Assembly: GCF_009914755.1 (NCBI RefSeq)
Contig: NC_060935.1
Reading direction: 5' to 3' (one strand)
Origin: the human T2T-CHM13v2.0 reference genome, Homo sapiens
Length of the DNA: 64,000 nucleotides
Part shown: in pieces, positions 56,163 through 64,000 of the stretch
How positions within the stretch are numbered: position 1 is the first letter of the stretch
Layout: each line of letters begins with the position of its first letter
Notes under the pieces: model-generated
What the model was told of the DNA's origin: nothing
What the model saw: the letters and a program-made list of their open reading frames with translations, nothing else
The model's database searches: none
Program-made: the position numbers and the translations under genes

Positions 56163-56720
56163 TGTATTAATTATGTTTTTATTTTCTGTGTTTACTGATG
56201 CTTTGTCATCTGTGGGCCTAACTGATCCTAGTCAGATTGTCCCGTCAGAGCAAACCAATGTCTAGAGATAGCAAACAACTTGTCTATGAGTTACACCTTT
56301 CATACGAAAACCAACCAATCCAAAGCTGATAACCCCAACCACCTCCTTTATCAACCTCTTATACTCTGATTCACCATTTCTTTGCCCTAATCACCAAAGG
56401 GCCAGGTACCAGACAGCTAGAGACAGCCCTTACACTTCAGAACCTGCTAAATGATGCAAACTAGCCAATTCCAAGCCTACTTCCCTGCCCTGAATTGCTT
56501 TTCCCACAGAAACAATAAAGACTCCCGTCTATGTTTTCCCCTCGCTTCGTTTCCTGACCAATCCTGGTGCTTCTCTATGTGCCCCTCTATGTGCACCCCC
56601 TGCATGGTGTTCTGTGCCTCCTGCTTCTTGGTAACTACGAGCAAAATCTTTCTTCATGATAGTAATTTTTATATCTGCATGCCTTACCATATCTGAGTAA
56701 AACAAATTCTGGATATATTT
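56163..56720 (+). mobile_element. MER74-like ERVL solo LTR nested in an old L1M (about 55560-57590, minus)
   Basis: tgtattaattatgtttttattttctg...aaccaaccaatcc...gggccaggtaccagaca...caataaag. Confidence 0.75.
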
Positions 56721-57599
56721 TTTAAGTAAGCTTCAAGTTATATTAATCATCACAAATATAGTAAAAGAACATTACAACATTCAACTTCCATTTCTCTTCT
56801 CCGGGCCTTGTGCTATTGTTGTCATATTTTACTTAAACATATTAAGAAATTTTATAATTCCTCATTATTTTTTGTTTTGAAAAGTTAACATTCTGTCAGA
56901 GATTTAAAACTAAGAAATAGTTGTTATATTTATCCATGTAGTTACTGTTTCTGATGCTATTCATTCTTTTGCACAGATCCAGATTTCAGCCTGATATCAT
57001 TTCCTTTCTTCTTGAAAGACATCCTTTAACATTTCTTATAGAACAGGTCTACTGATGATGAATTTCCTTTGGATTTCATATTAGAAAAAGTCTTTATTTT
57101 ACCTTCATTTTTTTAAAGATATTTTCTCTGGGTAAAGAATTCTAGGCTTACAGGTCACTTTTTTTTTTCAATACTTTGAAGATGTTGCTTTTCTGTCTTC
57201 TGACTAGCATTGTTCTCAACAAGAAATTTGTTGTCATCTTCATTCCACTGTATGTAATGTGCCTTTCCCTCTGGATGATATTAACATTTTTCTTTTCATC
57301 ACTGTTTCAAGTAACTAGGTTACGATGTGCCTTGTTATGGTTTTCTTCATGTATCTTGTGCTTGGGGTTTTCTAAACTTCTTAAATCTGTGGGCTTATTG
57401 TTTTCCTCAAATTTGGAAGAATTTTGGCCATTATCTCTTCAAATATTTTTTTCTGTTCTTCCCTTTCTTTCTAATTATATGTGTATTATTCCATTTGAAA
57501 TTGTTCTGCAGTTCACCAATGCGCCGTTCATTTTTCCTGGTTTTTTCTTTGCTTCATTTTGAATAGTTTCCATTGCTATGTCTTCAAGTACATCAATAA

Positions 57600-57930
57600 G
57601 CATCCTCTCCCCAGCATCATTTCATCTCTCAGTCAACCACTCTGCCCACCTCTGTTTCCAGGAGTTATCTATAAGTGGACAGAGCTGAGCAACCATGCCC
57701 AGTAGGCACAGAGGTGCAAAACAAACATCCTGAGAGCTTTATCATGTGCAGCTCCCTGTGGCAGATGCTGGCTGTTCTCCCCATATGATCATTCTTGGGC
57801 TATTTACCTAATATCACAGAATCATAAAATACCATAGCCACTTACAATCCCCAAAACCAAGCCACCCTACCTGAGTTCCCCACAGCATTCCCAGAACAAT
57901 GCTTACTCTAATCCTCCAGCTACTGAAAAC
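57600..57930 (-). pseudogene. PATE2-like pseudogene relic (promoter, exon 1 at 57728-57669, start of intron 1)
   Basis: Colinear similarity to PATE2 about 9250-9590. ATG retained at 57728; +8 nt frameshift; donor GTAAGT mutated to ATAACT; downstream exons not found. Confidence 0.8.
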
Positions 57931-58524
57931 TTACTACCCAAAGGCCTCCATTGTATCTTTTGTTCAAGTTATTATAAAAATCTCCCCAAAGTTGAGCTGA
58001 AGTCTCTGTCCCTATAATTTCCACTTATTAATTTACCAACTTTGTTATTCAAGGAACCATCATTGATCACATACTAAGTGCTAGACTCTCCATTAGTCTA
58101 AGACACTAATTGATGACCTCACAGAACTTGGAATCTAGTTTAAAAGACCACAAATACATCAACCACAGCTGGACACAGAGGCTTAAATGACAGGCATTCA
58201 AATTAAACTACCTGATCAGGTAAGGCTTCCTGGAAGAGGGAGTGGAAGAGCAGGACTTTGAAAGCTAGTGAGGAGTTAGCTAAATGAAGGAGTTGGGGAG
58301 GGTGCCAAGAGAACACAAAATATCAAAGCATAGATTTATCAAACAATCCAACAGACTGTTAGAAGAGCAGGTGTTTGCTATGGCCCAAATAAAGGGATAA
58401 TAGGAATGTAGATGGGCAAGAAAGCCAGGCAAAGAAAGACATATCTTACCCATAAGAAGTGGTTGCTTATGGGTAAACAGAAGGGATGAAGGGGATGGTG
58501 CAATGATTGTGCCTCTGAGAATAT

Positions 58525-59006
58525 GTATTAGGCTAAATAATGACCCCCAAGGATTTTTACATCTTAATTTCTGAAACCTGTGAATGTTACCTTATACACA
58601 GAAAGTGCTCTGAAGTTCTGATTAATTTAAGAATCTTGAGTTGGGGAGGCTTGCATTATCTCAGTGGCCCTAAATGCAATCACAAATGTCCTTATAAGAA
58701 GGAAGCAGAGAATTTGATTATAGAAGAAAAACAGGCAATGTGATGATGAAAGCAGAGACTGGAGTGATATGCTTTGAAGATGGAGGAATGGGCAATAAGC
58801 CAAGGAATACAGGAGGCCACTAGAAGCTGAAAAAGTCAAGGAAACAGATTCTCTCTTCAGAGCCTACAGAAAGAACCAACTCTGCTGATACTTTGCTTTT
58901 AGCCCCATCAGACTTCTGGCCTCCAATACTTTAGGAGAATAAATTTGTGTTGTTTTAAACCACTAAATTTCTGATTTATTTATAGGAGCAATAGCAAACT
59001 AATACA
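58525..59006 (+). mobile_element. MLT1C/D LTR
   Basis: tgtgaatgttacctta...ggaggccactagaagctg...aataaatttgtgttgttttaa...aactaataca. Confidence 0.85.
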
Positions 59007-59184
59007 TAGTACTTAAGCCAAAAATTATAGAATTGAAATTCTCGTTTACTATGGTGCAGTTCCAGGAAATCAATAACAAAGGACTCCAAGGGTTGGGAAA
59101 TACAGCAAAAAGCACACTTATCTGCCTCAGTGATGACTCTTAGAAAGGATATCTCCTTTTATCTCAAGTGTAAGTTTGCTATAC

Positions 59185-59380
59185 ACTGTCATGGGTTCAA
59201 ACTCTCTGCTACCTGCTAGCTGTGTGGCCTTGAGTAAGTTACTGAACCATTCTGAGCTTATTATCTCATCTGTAAAAATGAGACAATTGTACGTATCTCA
59301 CAGGGTTTCTGTAAAATAAAGGATATGAAAGGAGGAAAGGTGGGCAATCCATATTAAGATCCTAGAAAGTGCCAAGCACC
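59185..59380 (+). mobile_element. MIR
   Basis: gggttcaaact...tagctgtgtggccttgagtaagtt...ctcatctgtaaaa. Confidence 0.75.
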
Positions 59381-60077
59381 AAATACCCAAGAAGAAGGAC
59401 ATGGCTGAAGTGGAAACTGGGAAGATCTTAATGATGGTTATTTTGAAAGGAAATCCAGACCTGTTAGCTAGGGTAGATGTCAAAGGCTTCATCCAGCTGG
59501 TGCCATGCACAGACAAGGGCACCTGGGCAAGGAGAACAATGAGACAATGGCTACAACTGGAATGAGGAGGGGGGAAGAGTGACCTTGGAGATGGCAGTTG
59601 AAAGGGTTACATTTTACCAAGAAGATTGAGATGTTTAAGGGGCAAAAATCAAGAAATCTTCTAGAAGTTTTTTTCTAAATAAAACTGAAGGATATGGGAT
59701 GAGGTTACAAATGGACTGTTTCCCTAAAGAGTAAAGAGCAAGGACATTATTTGAGACATATCTGAGAATAGTTGAGACACAGTTCTGGCTCTAATACTAG
59801 AAGAGCTAATGTTAAGAAAATATCCAGAAAATGTGTGGAGATCCCAAGAAGGACCTCACCCAAAAAGTCTCTGGAGAAGCCCTTCTTGCATCTCTTCCTG
59901 CATCCCTAAACTTCTAATCTCCAAGAGATTTGCTGGGAACCTCCAAGAGCCTATCTAGATATTCCCAACACCCAGACATAGGAAATATTCAAGGTTTCCA
60001 AAGGGTGAAGATGACAGTGCTGAAGTTAGAAGCCTAGGAGAACTGTGGTGTGGTGCTTAGGAGAAAAAACAACACTT

Positions 60078-60373
60078 GGCTGGGTGTGGTGGCTCATGCC
60101 TATAATATTAGCACTTTGGGAGGCCGAGGTGGGTGGATCACCTGGGGTCAGGAGTTTGAGACAAGCCTGGCCAATGTGGCAAAACCCTGTCTGTATTAAA
60201 AATACAAAAATTAGCTGGGCGTGGTGGCAGGCACCTATAATCTCAGCCACTCAGGAGGCTGAGGCAAGAAAATCTCCTGAACCCGGTGGGTGGAGGTTGC
60301 AGTGAGTCAAGATTGCACCACTTCACTCCAGCCTGGGCGAAAGAGCAAAACTCCATCTCAAAGAAAAAGAAAA
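60078..60373 (+). mobile_element. AluS
   Basis: Full dimer; TSD agaaaaaacaac(a/c)ctt at 60062-60077 and 60374-60389. Confidence 0.92.
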
Positions 60374-62046
60374 AGAAAAAACAACCCTTGCCCAAGCCTT
60401 AAACTGGGGAAATTTTTTTCAGTATTGGAGTAAGCTGTATCAGTACACCTCATATTACATAAAACTCTCTGGAAACCTTTGAATTCTGAGATTCATATGT
60501 CATCCCATTTTATAAGTCATTGTCCTAATGACGAATAAACACTCTTTCACTTAGTATGTATAAGAAATTTCCAGGGAACCAGAAATCTGATAGTATTGCT
60601 GTATTAGGCCATTTTGCATTACTATAAAGAAATACTTGAGGCTAGTTAATTTATAAAGAAAAGAGGTTTTATTTTGGCTCATGGTTCTGCAGGCTGTAAT
60701 GAAACATAGTGCCAGCATCCACTTCTGGAGAAGCCTCAGAAAGCTTACAATCATGGAAGAAGGCAAAGGGGGAGCCAGCACATCACAGGGCAAGAGAGGG
60801 AGCTGGAGAAAGGGAGGGGAGGTTCCAGGCTCTCTTAAACAACCGGGTCTCACATGAACTCATAGAGTAAGAATTCACTTATTTCCACAAGGTCAACATC
60901 AAGCCATTCATGAGGGATCCTCTCCCATGACCTAATGCCTCCTACCAGACCTAACCTCTAACATTGGGAATCACACTTCAACATGAGATTTGTAGGGGAC
61001 AAATATCCAAACAATATCATTCTGTCCCTGGCCCCTCAAATCTCATGTCCTTCTCACATTGCAAAATACAATCATCTATTCCCAACAGTTTCCCAAAGTC
61101 TTAATTTTTCCAGCATCACTCAAAAATGTAAAGTCAAAAGTTTCATCTGATTCTCAAAGCAATTTCCTTCAATCTATGAGTTTATAAAATCAAACACAAG
61201 CTATTTACTTCCAAGATACAATGGTGGTACAGGCATTGAGTAAACATTCCCATTCCAAAAGGGAAAAACCAGCCAAAAGAAAAGGACAAGAGGCCCATCC
61301 AAGTCTGAAATCCAGCAAGGCAGTCATTAAATTTAAAAGTTCCAGAATAATTTCCTTTGGCTCCATGTCCCATATCCTGGGCATACTGATGTGAGAGGTG
61401 GGTTTGAGGCCTTGGGAAGATCTGCCCCTGTGGTTTTGCAAGGTGCAGCCTCTATGGCTATTCTCACAGATTGGAGTTGAGTAGCTGTGGCTTTTCCAGG
61501 CTCAAGGTGCAAGCTGCCAGTGGCTCTACCATTCTGGGGTCTGGAGGGTGGTGGCCCCTTTCCACAGCTCCACTAGGCTGCTCTCCAGTCGAGACTCTTG
61601 TGGGGGCTCCAATACCACATTTTCCCTTGGCACTGTCCTCGTAGATCCTCTCTGTGGGGGCTGTACCCTTGAAGCAGGCTTCTTCCTGAGCACCCAGACT
61701 TTTCCATACATCCTCTGTAATTGAGGTGGAAGCTGCCAAGCCTCCTTCACTCTTGCATTCTGCACACCTGCAGGCTTAGCACCATGTGGAAGCTGCCAAA
61801 GCTTATAGCTTGAACCTTTCAGAGCAATGGCCCAAGCTGTACCAGAGCCCCTTTGAGCTGAAGCTGGAGCTGGAGTGGCCAGGATGTGAAAGCAGTGTCC
61901 CAAGGCTGCACAGGGCAGAAGGGCCCTGGGCCTGGCCCCTGAAAACATTCTTTCCTCCTAGGCCTCTGAGCTTGTGATAAGAGGGGCTGCCTTGAAGATT
62001 TCTGAAATGTCTTCATGGCCTTTTTCCCATTGTCTTGGATATTATT

Positions 62047-62116
62047 AGCCGAGAGCTGTTATCCAATAATATATTATTACATAATAATAGCTATTATTGG
62101 ATAACAGCTCTTGGCT
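62047..62116. repeat. 70-nt near-perfect inverted repeat
   Basis: Outer 25-bp arms 62047-62071 / 62092-62116 (1 mismatch) plus inner 8-bp arms tattatta / taataata. Confidence 0.9.
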
Positions 62117-62183
62117 CCCTTTTAGTCATGCAAATATATCTAGCAAGTAGTTCCTCCATAGGCCACTGGAATTCCTCTCCTGA

Positions 62184-62546
<363 letters not shown>

Positions 62547-63509
62547 TCTACTTATCTTTTAAATGTAAGTTCCAACTTTAAGTTATTTCTTTCCTCCCAT
62601 ACATAATTGTGGGCTGTTAGAAGCAGCCATATCACATCCTGAACACTGTACTGCTTAGAAATGTCTTCTGCCAGATACCCTAGGTCATCATTCTTAAGTT
62701 CAGTCTTCCACAAATTCCCAGGCCGTGGACACAATGCAGCCAAGCTCTTTGCTAAGGCATAGCAATGGTGACCTTTGCTCCAGTTCCAAAGAGCTTCCTC
62801 ATTTTTATCTGAGAACTCCTCAGCCTGGCCTTTGCTATCCATATTTCTATCAGTATTTTGGTCACAACCACGTAACAAGTTTCTAAGAAATTCCAACATT
62901 CCCCCATTTTCCTGTCTTCTAAGCCCTCTAAATTCTTCCAACCTCTGCCCATTACCCAGTTCCCAAGCTTCTTCAACATTTTCAGGTATCTTTATAGCAA
63001 CACCCCACTTCTCAGTATCGATTTTCTGTTAGTGCATTTTTGCATCGCTATAAAGATATACCAGAGACTAGGTAATTTGTAAAGAAGAGAGATTTAATTA
63101 GCTCACAGTTCTGCAGGCTGTACAGGAGGCATGGTGCTGGCATCTGCTCCTGGTGAGGGCCTCAGGGAGCTTGCAATCATGGTGGAAGGCAAAAAAGGAG
63201 TTGGTGTATTACATGGCAAGAATGAGAGCAAGAGAGAGAAGGGAACAACAGAGAGAAGGGAAGGGGAGGTTCCACACTCTTTTAAACAACCAGCTCTCGC
63301 TTGAACTACCAGAGCAAGAACTCACTCATTACAATGAGGATGGCACCAAGCAATTCATGAGGGTTCTGCCCCCATGACCCAAACAGCTCCCACCATACCC
63401 CACCTCCAACTTTATGGATTACATTTCAACATGAGATTTGGAGGGGACAATCAAACCGTAACAATCACACACACACACACACGCAGACACATAGAGAAAA
63501 AAGGGTGAG

Positions 63510-63642
63510 TAGCGACTGTAGTCCCAGCTACACTGGAGGTTGAAGCAGGAGGATCGTGTAAACCAAAAAGTTTGAGGCTGCAATGAGCCCCTGCACTCCA
63601 GCCTGGGCAACAGAGTGAGACCCTGTCTCTTAAAAAAAAAAA
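63510..63642 (+). mobile_element. Old Alu monomer (AluJ arm/FRAM-like) in the PATE4 promoter region
   Basis: ctgtagtcccagctac...gaggctgcaatgagc...cctgggcaacagagtgagaccctgtctc plus A tail. Confidence 0.8.
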
Positions 63643-63887
63643 GTGAGGAGAAGACAGATATGGGGCAGGGAAGGCAGAGGGAGGATGGAGAGTCAGGGGT
63701 GGAAATCTAATTCAACTTTAGCCAGAAGCATTCCCTGACACTGCTCACCAGCCTGCACTTTCCACATTAGTACAGATTTATGGCTCCTTAAGAGAAGGGA
63801 GTGGGGAAAGGACGGTTCTGCCTCATGCCTTTATCAGGGACTCCTCCCTCCTTTCTATTTACTGGCTGTGATCGAACATCTAAGCTT

Positions 63888-63893
63888 TATAAA
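63888..63893 (+). promoter_or_regulatory. PATE4: PATE4 TATA box (TATAAA)
   Basis: TATAAA about 70 nt upstream of the ATG. Confidence 0.7.
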
Positions 63894-63960
63894 GCAAGCT
63901 AGTGGCTGCCCTTTCCAATACCTCACTCAGCACACCGTCTGTCACCCAAACAAGCATCCA

Positions 63961-64000
63961 ATGAGGAAAATGAACACACTGCTCCTTGTGAGCTTATCTT
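63961..64000 (+). CDS. PATE4: PATE4 coding exon 1, partial (MRKMNTLLLVSLS..., truncated by window end)
   Basis: ATG AGG AAA ATG AAC ACA CTG CTC CTT GTG AGC TTA TCT matches the PATE4 N-terminus as I recall it; upstream TATAAA; expected cluster order PATE2-PATE3-PATE4. Confidence 0.88.
   Translation, partial: MRKMNTLLLVSLS

Noticed and set aside
59460-59540. Minus-strand acceptor followed by ALVC..., like the start of an LY6 exon
   Set aside because: No second Cys of CxxC, wrong length and an in-frame stop.

Overview
Primate (almost certainly human) genomic DNA from the PATE gene cluster (secreted LY6/uPAR three-finger proteins; human 11q24.2 by recollection). I assembled two complete genes by hand. 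PATE2 is on the minus strand with 4 coding exons (9368-9317, 9170-9147, 8597-8469, 8113-7977; 113 aa). PATE3 is on the plus strand with 3 coding exons (18748-18796, 19982-20104, 21074-21198; 98 aa). The TATA box and first codons of PATE4 lie at the right edge (ATG 63961). Most of the rest is transposon-derived: L1PA/L1MA/L1M, Alu, MaLR (THE1, MST, MLT1), ERVL LTRs plus a deleted provirus, MIR/L2, and hAT/Tigger elements. Nearly all long ORFs in the track are broken L1 ORF1/ORF2 fragments. The most interesting observation is a decayed paralog of the PATE2 promoter, exon 1 and intron 1 at about 57600-57930. It sits head-to-head with PATE4 just as PATE2 sits head-to-head with PATE3. Other notable items are an orphan polyadenylated 3'UTR retrocopy inside an L1, a 70-nt TSD-flanked retroposed LTR-like tail in a PATE2 intron, a 70-nt fold-back hairpin upstream of PATE4, candidate TE-donated poly(A) signals for PATE2 and PATE3, and a probable L1-insertion-mediated deletion. 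Gene names and repeat subfamilies are from recognition, not database search, and repeat boundaries are approximate unless TSDs are quoted.
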